A stretch of 64,000 bases of DNA from an uncultured Alphaproteobacteria bacterium. Its GTDB lineage: Bacteria > Pseudomonadota > Alphaproteobacteria > RF32 > CAG-239. Numbering within the stretch: position 1 is the first letter of the stretch; each line of letters begins with the position of its first letter. Below the pieces are notes generated by a model that ran no database searches, was not told where the DNA came from, and worked only from the letters and a program-made list of their open reading frames with translations. The translations under genes were made by a program, and so were the position numbers. This document shows, piece by piece, positions 9,374-17,824 of this stretch. The DNA is taken from assembly GCA_934277545.1 (NCBI GenBank), contig CAKQUG010000008.1, positions 6,862-70,861 of the forward strand. The letters run 5' to 3'.

Positions 9374-9539
9374 AATAAGAAAAATTAAAAATTACATATT
9401 GTCTGCAAGTATATAATATATTTATAAAAAGTCAACTGTTTTGTCTAAAGTTTCAGCTTGTGGAATAATCTGATAAGAGATATTGACAATAATTCAACTT
9501 GTCTGTATTTTAGAACAAAAATAGAACAATGAGGCAAAT

Positions 9540-10691
9540 ATGTCTACCATAGCATTAGTTGATTGCGATAGTTTTTTTGTTTCGTGCGAACAAGCGGATA
9601 ACCCGAGTTTGCGCGGTAAAGCCGTATGCGTGGTTTCGGGCGGCAACGGCTGTGTGGTTTCGCGGTCGCGAGAAGCCAAACAGGCCGGCGTCAAAATGGG
9701 GCAACCTCTTTTTATGGCAAAAAAGGAATTTCAGCAGGTTATTTATGTTAACGGCCGGCACGAACGCTACAAAGAATATTCCGTCAAAGTTATGGCCTGT
9801 CTCAAAAATTTTACGCCGGATGTGGAAATTTGCTCTATTGATGAAGCCTATATGAATCTGCACGGGTTAGATAAGCTGTATAAAAAAGATTTTGCTTCTT
9901 TGGCCGCCGCTATCCGCCTGTCGGTTTGGCAAAACTGTCAAATTCCGGTGTCCATAGGCGTCAGCTCGTCCAAATTACTGGCAAAATTAGCCAGCGACAA
10001 AGCCAAAAGCAACGGAGGCGTCTATTTGATAGAATCAACAGATTTACCGAAAGTCTTAAGAGAAACACAGCTGGAAGATGTCTGCGGTTTCGGGCGTCAG
10101 CATACGGCAAAAATGAAAATGTCCGGAATTTTTAACTGCCGGGAGTTTGTGGAACAAACGGACAGCTGGGTGCGGAAAAATTTAGGAATCAGCGGACTCA
10201 ATTTGAAATATGAACTGCTTGGCTTTGCTGTAAACAAACTGGAAACTTCTCACGGTTTGCCTAAATCCATCCAAAACACTTCGGCACTAAGTAAATTCAC
10301 TTCTGACATTGATGTTTTGCGCTCGTCTTTAAAATATCACGTTCACACCGCCGGTAAAAAACTGCGTGAATATAACTGTTTTTGCAAAAGTGTCGGCGTA
10401 ATGCTGCGTACTAAAGACTTTAGAGTTTACAGCGATTATATAAAGCTGCCGCAGCCGACCAATGGCGAACGGGAACTGTTTTTGGCGGCGCAAAACCTCT
10501 TGCCGAAAATATATTTACCGAACACGCTTTACCGCAGCACCGGTGTAATGTTGGAAAATTTATTGAGTGATAAAGATTTTCAACCGCTGTTGTTTGCCGA
10601 ACCGGAATATAAAGATGATAAAATCAGCCGCGTTTTGGATGAACTGGAACAAAAATTCGGCAAAGATGTGGTAAAAAACGGATTATTTTGA
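9540..10691 (+). CDS. Y-family DNA polymerase (UmuC/DinB-like translesion polymerase)
   Basis: N-terminal ALVDCDSFFVSCEQ and SIDEAY catalytic motifs, characteristic of the Y-family (UmuC-like) palm. No umuD-like gene is adjacent. Confidence 0.85.
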   Translation: MSTIALVDCDSFFVSCEQADNPSLRGKAVCVVSGGNGCVVSRSREAKQAGVKMGQPLFMAKKEFQQVIYVNGRHERYKEYSVKVMACLKNFTPDVEICSIDEAYMNLHGLDKLYKKDFASLAAAIRLSVWQNCQIPVSIGVSSSKLLAKLASDKAKSNGGVYLIESTDLPKVLRETQLEDVCGFGRQHTAKMKMSGIFNCREFVEQTDSWVRKNLGISGLNLKYELLGFAVNKLETSHGLPKSIQNTSALSKFTSDIDVLRSSLKYHVHTAGKKLREYNCFCKSVGVMLRTKDFRVYSDYIKLPQPTNGERELFLAAQNLLPKIYLPNTLYRSTGVMLENLLSDKDFQPLLFAEPEYKDDKISRVLDELEQKFGKDVVKNGLF

Positions 10692-10779
10692 AATATACGC
10701 GTGTTCTTTTATGCTTTACATTTTTGTTTTTGCCCCTTAATATACATGTATCAATTAACCCAAAAATGAGGAAAGAAAG

Positions 10780-10842
10780 ATGAAAAATAAGCTATTCAAA
10801 GGTCTCTCTCTCTCTCTCTGCAAATCCTATATCTCTAATTAG
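10780..10842 (+). other. Short upstream ORF (MKNKLFKGLSLSLCKSYISN*) with a strong RBS (GAGGAAAG), out of frame by one relative to the downstream pilin-like ORF; contains the (TC)8 tract
   Basis: ATG at 10780 is preceded by gaggaaagaaag. The pilin-like reading frame is open from 10784 to 11581 but has no ATG before 10985. Adding one TC unit to (TC)8 fuses the ATG at 10780 to the pilin-like frame. Confidence 0.5.
10803..10818. repeat. (TC)8 dinucleotide simple sequence repeat (candidate slipped-strand phase-variation tract)
   Basis: ggTCTCTCTCTCTCTCTCtgcaaatcc read directly. It lies between the RBS-linked ATG and the conserved pilin-like coding region. Confidence 0.8.
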
Positions 10843-10984
10843 AGGCACTTTTTTCGCCGTTGCAGAGGTATTTACAGAGTTTTACGCTAAAATCAGCAAA
10901 CTGTCCCCTCGCCTGTTCAGACGTCATTATACAACCTCGCCCTTTGCTCGCAATGACGAAAGACAAGGCGAAGTTGGTAGAAGC

Positions 10985-11581
10985 ATGATTGAAATGCTGG
11001 GCGTTTTGGCTATCATAGGCGTATTATCTGTCGGCGGTATTGCAGGATATACCAAAGCCATGGAAAAGTTTAAATACAACAAAATAACACAAGAATACAC
11101 AGATTTGATATTTGGTTTGTTGCCTTTTATCAATACTCTTCCCGATCAAAATGGCGAAAATAATGTAGTAAATGAAGGTATAACAGAGTTAGCCGATTCC
11201 TTAAATTTAATTCCTAAAACTTGGCGCATAACATCAAGTAAAGTGGTAATGGATGAATATGGCAACAATTTGAACTTATTTATCAGAAACGGACAACTTG
11301 TTTTAGATGTTTACTTGTCTGTAAGCGGAGAAAGTCAACAATTTTACAAATTTTGCCAAGAATTTACAACAAACTTTATTCAGCCTTTACACTCTGTTTT
11401 ATATCGTTTGAGAATGTATAAAGCATCAGGCGTGGGCACTGTACGCGTTTATTACGGCAGCGATTATTGCACTGCAGATAATAAATGTATTAAAGACTTA
11501 ACCGTTGCAGAAACCGATAATTATTGCAGAAGCTGCGGTGAAAGTGGAAAATGCGCCTTAGCTTTTGAATTTCCTAAATAA
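10985..11581 (+). CDS. Type IV pilin-like / pseudopilin-like protein (class III prepilin N-terminal domain); the expressed form probably extends upstream (open frame from 10784)
   Basis: ..GEVG|RSMIEMLGVLAIIGVLSVGGIAGYTKAMEKFK matches the prepilin processing and hydrophobic-helix consensus (G at -1, E at +5, roughly 20 hydrophobic residues). Paralog of the 23086..23859 gene. C-terminal Cys pair. Confidence 0.6.
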   Translation: MIEMLGVLAIIGVLSVGGIAGYTKAMEKFKYNKITQEYTDLIFGLLPFINTLPDQNGENNVVNEGITELADSLNLIPKTWRITSSKVVMDEYGNNLNLFIRNGQLVLDVYLSVSGESQQFYKFCQEFTTNFIQPLHSVLYRLRMYKASGVGTVRVYYGSDYCTADNKCIKDLTVAETDNYCRSCGESGKCALAFEFPK

Positions 11582-11636
11582 ACAACAAACACGGGGTAAG
11601 TTGCCCTGCCCCGTGTTTTGCGCTATAAGCAGCAAA

Positions 11637-14243
11637 TTAAAGTTTGAAATCAATAACACCGTCATAAGCATAACGATACATCTGCTCAATTTCCTTAAAC
11701 AGCGGATAACGCGGATTAGAAACCGTGCATTGGTCATCAAACGCCAATTCCGGCAGAGTTTTCATTGCTTCTTCCCAATCTTCCTCTTTAATACCCCATT
11801 CGCGGATAGAGGCCGGAATATTGAGTTTGCGCTTCATTTCCTCCAAGGCTTTAATTAAATTATCAACAGCCTCGTCATCGGTTTTGCCTTTTAGGCCAAT
11901 ACCGCGGGCAAACGCCGCATACGCCGCTTTAGTGTTCGGGAAACGATATTGCGGGAATGTTGCCTGTTTGGTCGGACAGTCGTTGGAATTGAAACGAATC
12001 ACCTGACAAATCAGCAAGGCGTTGGCAAAACCATGCGGAATATGGAAAGCCGCACCAAGTTTATGCGCCATGGAGTGGCAAACACCCAAAAAGGCATTGG
12101 CAAACGCCATACCGGCAATCGTAGCCGCGTGATGTACTTTTTCACGAGCTTCCGCGTCGCCGGTTTCATACGATTTAATCAAGTTTTCATAAATCAAACG
12201 ACCGGATTCGACGGATAAGCCGCGGGTGTAGTCTGTCGCCATGCTGGAAACATAAGATTCCAACGCGTGTGTCATAACGTCAATACCGGAAGCGGCGCAC
12301 AAACCTTTAGGCATTGTCAACACCAAATCCGTATCCACAATAGCCATAGTCGGAGTCAAAGCGTAGTCGGCAATCGCATATTTTACGCCGGTAGCATCAT
12401 CGGTAATAATAGAGAACGGCGTAACTTCCGAACCCGTACCCGAAGTTGTCGGTACAGCCACCATTTCTGCTTTTTGCCCCATTGGCGGAAATTCAAAAAT
12501 ACGTTTGCGGATATCCATAAAACGGCGCGCCAAATCTTCAAATTTAAGTTCCGGATGCTCATACATAATCCACAAAATTTTGGTTGCGTCAATCGGAGAA
12601 CCGCCGCCCAGCGCGATAAACACATCAGGTTCAAAACTGTTTACCATATCGCGGGCTTTGTTAATGGTAGACAAATCCGGATCCGGCTTAACATCGCTGA
12701 ATATTTTATATTGAATGCCCAGCGGCTCTAAAATATCAGTCAATTTTTTTGTATAACCCAAATCAAACAACGGCTTATCGGTTACGATAAAGGCTTTTTT
12801 ACGACCTTTTAATTCTTTGAGCGCAAAAGACAAACATCCCGGTTTGAAATAAACTTTCGGCGGAACTCTGAACCAAAGCATATTTTCTTCACGTTTAGCC
12901 ACATTTTTAATATTCATCAGATGTTTTACTCCCACGTTTTCACTAACCGCATTTCCGCCCCAAGAGCCGCAACCCAAAGTCAAAGACGGATCAAGTCTAA
13001 AGTTATAAATATCGCCGATAGCACCTTGCGCCGACGGACAGTTAATCATCACGCGGCCGGTCGGCATAACATCGCCGTAGCGTTTTATTCTGTCATCGTT
13101 GCGCACGTTTGTATACAAAACCGAAGTATGACCGCAGCCGGCAAATTCTACCAAAGATTTAGCTTTTGCCATGGCGTCTTCAAAATCTTTGGCCTTATAC
13201 ATTGCCAAAACCGGAGAAAGTTTTTCGTATGAAAACGGCTCTTCCGTTCCGATTTTAGAAACTTCACCTATAATAACCTTAGTGTTTTCCGGAACTTTTA
13301 CGCCGGCCATTGCAGCAATTTTAGCCGCCGGCTGGCCAACGATATCCGCATTGATTCTGCCGTCTTTCAAAATTGTGGCAGCCACTTTTTCACGCTCTTT
13401 GGCATTCAAAATATAGGCGCCGCGTTTTACAAATTCTTCTTTAACATCATTATAAACAGCCTCACAAACCACGACAGATTGCTCAGAGGCACAAATCATA
13501 CCGTTATCAAATGTTTTAGACATCAAAACCGAACTAACTGCCATCTGAATATCGGCAGATTCGTCAATTACTGCCGGAGTATTACCAGGTCCCACGCCCA
13601 AAGCCGGAGTTCCTGACGAATATGCGGATTTAACCATTCCCGGACCGCCGGTAGCCAAAATCAAATCAGCCTGCTGCATAAGATATTGAGTGCGCGGTAA
13701 ACTCGGCTCGTCTATCCAAGCGATAATATCTTTCGGAGCGCCGGCTTTTACAGCTTCTTCCAAAATCATTTTTGCAGTTTCAATGGTGCATTTTTTAGCG
13801 CGCGGGTGCGGCGAAAAGATAATGCCGTTACGAGTTTTGAGGGCTATCAAGGATTTGAAAATAACTGTAGAAGTCGGGTTTGTGGTCGGAATAACACCGG
13901 CAATCACACCGATTGGTTCGGCAAATTTAATCAGGCCGTTTTCTTTATCTTCTTCAATAATACCGCAGGTTTTGGTATCTTTGTATTTATTATAAATATA
14001 TTCAGAAGCAAAGTGATTTTTAATTACCTTATCTTCTGCTACGCCCATTCCGGTTTCTTCCACAGCCATTTTAGCAAGCGGAATACGCATAGAACTGGCT
14101 TTCAAAGCCACGCGGCGAAAAATTTCATCTACCTGTTCCTGAGTAAAAGTTGCAAATTTCTTTTGAGCGGCGCTGACTTTTTTAATCAAACCGCCGATAT
14201 ATTCTTGTTCTTTTTGTTCATCAACATTCAAAATTTTATCCAT
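11637..14243 (-). CDS. adhE: Bifunctional acetaldehyde-CoA / alcohol dehydrogenase AdhE
   Basis: 868 aa with an N-terminal aldehyde dehydrogenase domain and a C-terminal iron-containing alcohol dehydrogenase domain (GGGSPIDA..; His-rich Fe site). Typical AdhE length. Confidence 0.9.
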   Translation of the reverse strand: MDKILNVDEQKEQEYIGGLIKKVSAAQKKFATFTQEQVDEIFRRVALKASSMRIPLAKMAVEETGMGVAEDKVIKNHFASEYIYNKYKDTKTCGIIEEDKENGLIKFAEPIGVIAGVIPTTNPTSTVIFKSLIALKTRNGIIFSPHPRAKKCTIETAKMILEEAVKAGAPKDIIAWIDEPSLPRTQYLMQQADLILATGGPGMVKSAYSSGTPALGVGPGNTPAVIDESADIQMAVSSVLMSKTFDNGMICASEQSVVVCEAVYNDVKEEFVKRGAYILNAKEREKVAATILKDGRINADIVGQPAAKIAAMAGVKVPENTKVIIGEVSKIGTEEPFSYEKLSPVLAMYKAKDFEDAMAKAKSLVEFAGCGHTSVLYTNVRNDDRIKRYGDVMPTGRVMINCPSAQGAIGDIYNFRLDPSLTLGCGSWGGNAVSENVGVKHLMNIKNVAKREENMLWFRVPPKVYFKPGCLSFALKELKGRKKAFIVTDKPLFDLGYTKKLTDILEPLGIQYKIFSDVKPDPDLSTINKARDMVNSFEPDVFIALGGGSPIDATKILWIMYEHPELKFEDLARRFMDIRKRIFEFPPMGQKAEMVAVPTTSGTGSEVTPFSIITDDATGVKYAIADYALTPTMAIVDTDLVLTMPKGLCAASGIDVMTHALESYVSSMATDYTRGLSVESGRLIYENLIKSYETGDAEAREKVHHAATIAGMAFANAFLGVCHSMAHKLGAAFHIPHGFANALLICQVIRFNSNDCPTKQATFPQYRFPNTKAAYAAFARGIGLKGKTDDEAVDNLIKALEEMKRKLNIPASIREWGIKEEDWEEAMKTLPELAFDDQCTVSNPRYPLFKEIEQMYRYAYDGVIDFKL

Positions 14244-14412
14244 AATGTCCTCCTGTTAATTCGCCTACATTGTATTAGATAAATAATAAAAAAGAAGTAA
14301 ATTTTAGCATTTTGCGCTTCACATTTTATTACCAATTATAACGGCCATCTTGAAAGCCCGCTTTTAGCCCATATATCGTATGCGTAAGTTTTTATAAAGA
14401 GGAGACAAAAAT

Positions 14413-14802
14413 ATGAAACATACATTTTTAAGCCTGTTGGCAATTTGCGGATTAGCTTTGAGTGTTAATAACGCAATGGCCGCAGATTCCGCTAAAACCG
14501 AAACTAAACCGGTAAGCAAAATTTCTGATGTCAAAGCCATGCCCGATGACACCGAAGTTGTAATTCAAGGTGTGATTGTGCAAAATTTGGGCGATGACAA
14601 TTATCTGGTCAAAGATGACAGCGGTACCGTTAATATTGAGATTGACGAAGATTTGGTGCAAGGAAACACCATCACTCCGGAAGCCGAAGTTTTAATTACC
14701 GCCACTGTTGACCAAGAAGGCAATGTAACATCTTTGGAAGCCGAAGAAATACAGTTTGTGCCGACAGACCAGGCAAATATGCCGAATAAAACCAAACACT
14801 AA
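14413..14802 (+). CDS. Periplasmic OB-fold (BOF / YgiW-YdeI family) stress-tolerance protein
   Basis: Signal peptide followed by a roughly 100-aa domain of the type VTIQGVIVQNLGDDNYLVKDDSGTVNIEIDED, typical of the YgiW/BOF family. Confidence 0.6.
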   Translation: MKHTFLSLLAICGLALSVNNAMAADSAKTETKPVSKISDVKAMPDDTEVVIQGVIVQNLGDDNYLVKDDSGTVNIEIDEDLVQGNTITPEAEVLITATVDQEGNVTSLEAEEIQFVPTDQANMPNKTKH

Positions 14803-14909
14803 CTGATAAAGTAAGTTATAAAGCCGTCTCTAAAGGACGGCTTTATATTCATAAAACCTATTTAAAAGCAAAAGTCGGCATACTATCATTTGGCAAATGA
14901 TTTTGTTTG

Positions 14910-15809
14910 TTACACTGTATGCAAATAGCGGGAAAGCCGAAAGTATTGACGCAAACTCCAAAGCAGACACATTTCCTTGCGAAAGCTGCCGTGTTTTTTG
15001 GAGTTGATTAAGCGACGGTAGAGATGATTGAGATAAAACAGCTGCACGCCGTAAAGCCAATATTCAGCACTGATTTCATTTTTCAACAGCGATTCAATCA
15101 TTTTCCGCAGCTTGGCAAAACGCCCTATTCTGCCCCATAAGCCGCGAAAACCGCTCAGTTGTAAAAACAGGTAACAAATATCTTCAGTTTCGTAACCATA
15201 GCGGATTTGTTCAAAGTCAAGCAAATACGGCGTTCCGTTTTTATCCAGCAAAATATTGTTTTCCGTCAAATCGCCGTGAATAAACTCGGCACTGCTTTCC
15301 AAACACACAAGTTCCGGCTCTATTTTTTGCCAAAAATATTTATTTAGTAAACGTCCGGACAAACTTTGGTCTTTTTGCAGACATTCTGAAATTTTTGCAA
15401 TCATTTTCGGCATATTTTGCTGCGGCTGAATAAATTCCGCCGGCAAATCGCAAGCCCGAAACTTATTATATTCCGCCTGCAGTTTGGTAAACAGCTCGGG
15501 CGAGCAATCTTTATATTTCAGCTTACGTCCAACCACATACGGCATTGCCAATAAATAAAAATTTGCAAACTTTTCCACAGACAGCGGATACAAAAAATCT
15601 AGCTGCGACAACACCTTTTTCATATACAAAAATACGCCTCTCTCTCTCTCTGCAGAAATCAGCTTCAAGAAGAATACGCCTTGTACCGTTTTAATGCAAA
15701 AATTATACGAACTGCCGCCTAAACAAACTTCTTTAATACTCAATATTTGAGGAAAAATTTGCTTTTTTCGTAGGAAATCGGCTAATTCTTTGTTTTGAGC
15801 AAACTTCAC
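14910..15809 (-). CDS. Choline/ethanolamine-kinase / aminoglycoside-phosphotransferase (APH/ChoK) family kinase; contains an in-frame (CT)7/(GA)7 tract
   Basis: Brenner-type catalytic motif IHGDLTENNILL plus a downstream DFE. Roughly 300 aa, as in LicA-type choline kinases. The start overlaps the pheA stop by 4 nt. Confidence 0.65.
   Translation of the reverse strand: MKFAQNKELADFLRKKQIFPQILSIKEVCLGGSSYNFCIKTVQGVFFLKLISAERERGVFLYMKKVLSQLDFLYPLSVEKFANFYLLAMPYVVGRKLKYKDCSPELFTKLQAEYNKFRACDLPAEFIQPQQNMPKMIAKISECLQKDQSLSGRLLNKYFWQKIEPELVCLESSAEFIHGDLTENNILLDKNGTPYLLDFEQIRYGYETEDICYLFLQLSGFRGLWGRIGRFAKLRKMIESLLKNEISAEYWLYGVQLFYLNHLYRRLINSKKHGSFRKEMCLLWSLRQYFRLSRYLHTV
15638..15651. repeat. (CT)7 dinucleotide repeat inside the kinase CDS (encodes ERER on the coding strand)
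   Basis: cgcCTCTCTCTCTCTCTgcagaaatc read directly. Flanks resemble those of the (TC)8 tract at 10803. Confidence 0.8.
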
Positions 15810-16648
15810 TTGTTTTTACGCTCCCGATATGGATTTGCCTTGTAACACCCCAAAATTTGATATTCTTCCGAAAAAAATTTCAGCTCTTCCAAAGCATAGC
15901 GCAAGGCTTTTGATTCTACATGCTGTTCAACCTCAATATAAAACTGCGCCGAAAAGAAATGACCGTTCAACAAATAGCTTTCCAACTTGCAAATATTGAT
16001 ACCGTTGGTAGCAAAGCCGCCCAAAACCTTGTACAACGCTGCCGGAATATGTTTTGTTACAAACACAATGCTGGTAATAAACTTACTGCCGTCATCAACC
16101 GGCACAACCTCTTTTTTTTGCATAATCAAAAAACGCGTCGTATTATTATCGGCGTTTTCAATATTAGACGCCAAAATCTGCAGACCGTAAATTTCTGCCG
16201 CCAATTTTGAGGCAATCGCCGCCTTGGTTTTGTCTTGTTCTTGGGCTATTTTTTCACAAGATTTTGCTGTGTCAATGCGGCTCAAGGCCTTGATATTATG
16301 CTTTTGCAAAAACTCCGAGCATTGCGCCAATGCCTGCGGGTGCGACGCCGCGCAAACAATATCTTCAAGCTGCGCGCCTTTGACGCCTATCAGCTGATGT
16401 TCCACCCGCAGAAAATGCTCACCCACGATATGCAAACCGGCTTTCGGTAGCAAAAAATGTACGTCGGTAACACGTCCGGCGTTGGAATTTTCTACCGGAA
16501 TAACAGCCTTATCAACACTGCCGTTTGTAACCATTTCCATGGCAATTTCAAAAGAATCACATGGTACATATTCTTGATTTGGAAAAAGCTGCCGGCAGGC
16601 AATATGCGAATAAGCTCCGGGCGCTCCTTGATATGCGATTTTCAGCAT
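15806..16648 (-). CDS. pheA: Prephenate dehydratase
   Basis: PDT catalytic domain (MLKIAYQGAPGAYSH.., ..TRF..) followed by a C-terminal ACT regulatory domain with an ESRP-like region. Confidence 0.85.
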   Translation of the reverse strand: MLKIAYQGAPGAYSHIACRQLFPNQEYVPCDSFEIAMEMVTNGSVDKAVIPVENSNAGRVTDVHFLLPKAGLHIVGEHFLRVEHQLIGVKGAQLEDIVCAASHPQALAQCSEFLQKHNIKALSRIDTAKSCEKIAQEQDKTKAAIASKLAAEIYGLQILASNIENADNNTTRFLIMQKKEVVPVDDGSKFITSIVFVTKHIPAALYKVLGGFATNGINICKLESYLLNGHFFSAQFYIEVEQHVESKALRYALEELKFFSEEYQILGCYKANPYRERKNK

Positions 16649-16785
16649 TTTTACTCCTTTATTTTACAGCTATAGTAGTGCAAATAATAAATATGTCAAG
16701 AATTTGCATGATTTTGTGGTTAATTACGAATGTAAAAAAGCGGCTGTACTTTTTTACAACCGCTTTTACTGTCAGTTTAATCAAA

Positions 16786-17751
16786 CTATTCGGCAACAGA
16801 TGTTTCAGAATCTTCTGTTTCGGTTTTCGGCATAATATCCGGTAACTGCCCGACAGCTTGTTTGCGTTTCAATTTATTTACAAACTTAATAGAACGTTGA
16901 GCGTCCCATTTTCTTTTACCTTCTTCGCTTTGATAAATCAGTTTATATACCTCAATAGCCTGATCAAATTCGGAAAGTTTAGTCAAGCAAGACGCCAAAC
17001 CGTCATAAAGTTTGTGTGTATAGCGGCCGCCGACAATAGCTTGAGCCTTTTTATAGCATTTCAACGCATCTTTGAATTTGAACATTTTTTGATATACATA
17101 GCCAATACTAATCCAGGCTTGCAATTCTTGACTGTTAATGTTCAGAATTTTTGTAAAGCATTTCAAAGCGGAATCGTTGTCGCCCATCAGCTGATAGGTT
17201 ACACCAATACCATTCCAAGCCTTGGTGTTATATTTATCGCCTGCCAAAACTTTTTTGAAGAAAGAAATAGAGCGGTCGTATTGTTTTAATTTTTGCAAAG
17301 TTACGGCAATACTTAACAGAGTCTGCGGATGTTTGCTGTCAATTTTCATAGCCTCTTCCAGCACATCTAAGGCTTCTTTATATGAGAACATGTGCTGCAG
17401 AGCAATAGCTTTGCCGTTAAGAGCTTCCAAAGAGGTGCGGTCATTGGCAAAAGCCTCGTCAAAACAAGTTATTGCCTCTTTATACAGACCACGCATACTT
17501 AAAGTTACGCCTTTATTATTTAAAACTTCAACAGACTTAGGGTTAACCATTAAAGCCCGGTCAAAACATTCAACCGCGTCTGTATATTTACTCATTTTTT
17601 GATATGCAAATCCCTGGCTGTTCATAGCTTTCCAGGCTCTTGGATTTTCTGCTATCACTTCTGCAAATTTTTGGATAGCTTCTTCATATTGGCCGGCGTC
17701 TAAAAGTTCCTGCCCTCTTTTGTATGCTGTGTTTTCGTTTAATTTAACCAT
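16786..17751 (-). CDS. TPR-repeat protein (BatB/BatC-like partner of MoxR-DUF58)
   Basis: Multiple 34-aa TPR repeats (..AW.N.G..Y....Y..A...F..AL..NP..). Likely start is MVKLNE with RBS AGAGG; the track ORF starts 16 codons further upstream. Confidence 0.75.
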   Translation of the reverse strand: MVKLNENTAYKRGQELLDAGQYEEAIQKFAEVIAENPRAWKAMNSQGFAYQKMSKYTDAVECFDRALMVNPKSVEVLNNKGVTLSMRGLYKEAITCFDEAFANDRTSLEALNGKAIALQHMFSYKEALDVLEEAMKIDSKHPQTLLSIAVTLQKLKQYDRSISFFKKVLAGDKYNTKAWNGIGVTYQLMGDNDSALKCFTKILNINSQELQAWISIGYVYQKMFKFKDALKCYKKAQAIVGGRYTHKLYDGLASCLTKLSEFDQAIEVYKLIYQSEEGKRKWDAQRSIKFVNKLKRKQAVGQLPDIMPKTETEDSETSVAE

Positions 17752-17824
17752 TTTTACCTCTTTATTATACAATAATAATACTTCTGAAAGTGTTAGCACA
17801 ATAATCTTATTATGTCAAGATTTT

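Noticed and set aside
9374-9539. Possible LexA/SOS box upstream of the Y-family polymerase (GAAC..GAAC, CTGT..AGTT)
   Set aside because: No proper palindromic CTGT-N8-ACAG or GAAC-N4-GTTC site is present, only direct repeats. There is not enough to call a site.
11725-14282. Multiple 80 to 160-aa plus-strand ORFs inside adhE (for example 12267..12731, 13806..14282)
   Set aside because: They are antisense to, or frame-shifted within, a strongly supported 868-aa AdhE gene and have no start context. They are typical spurious ORFs.
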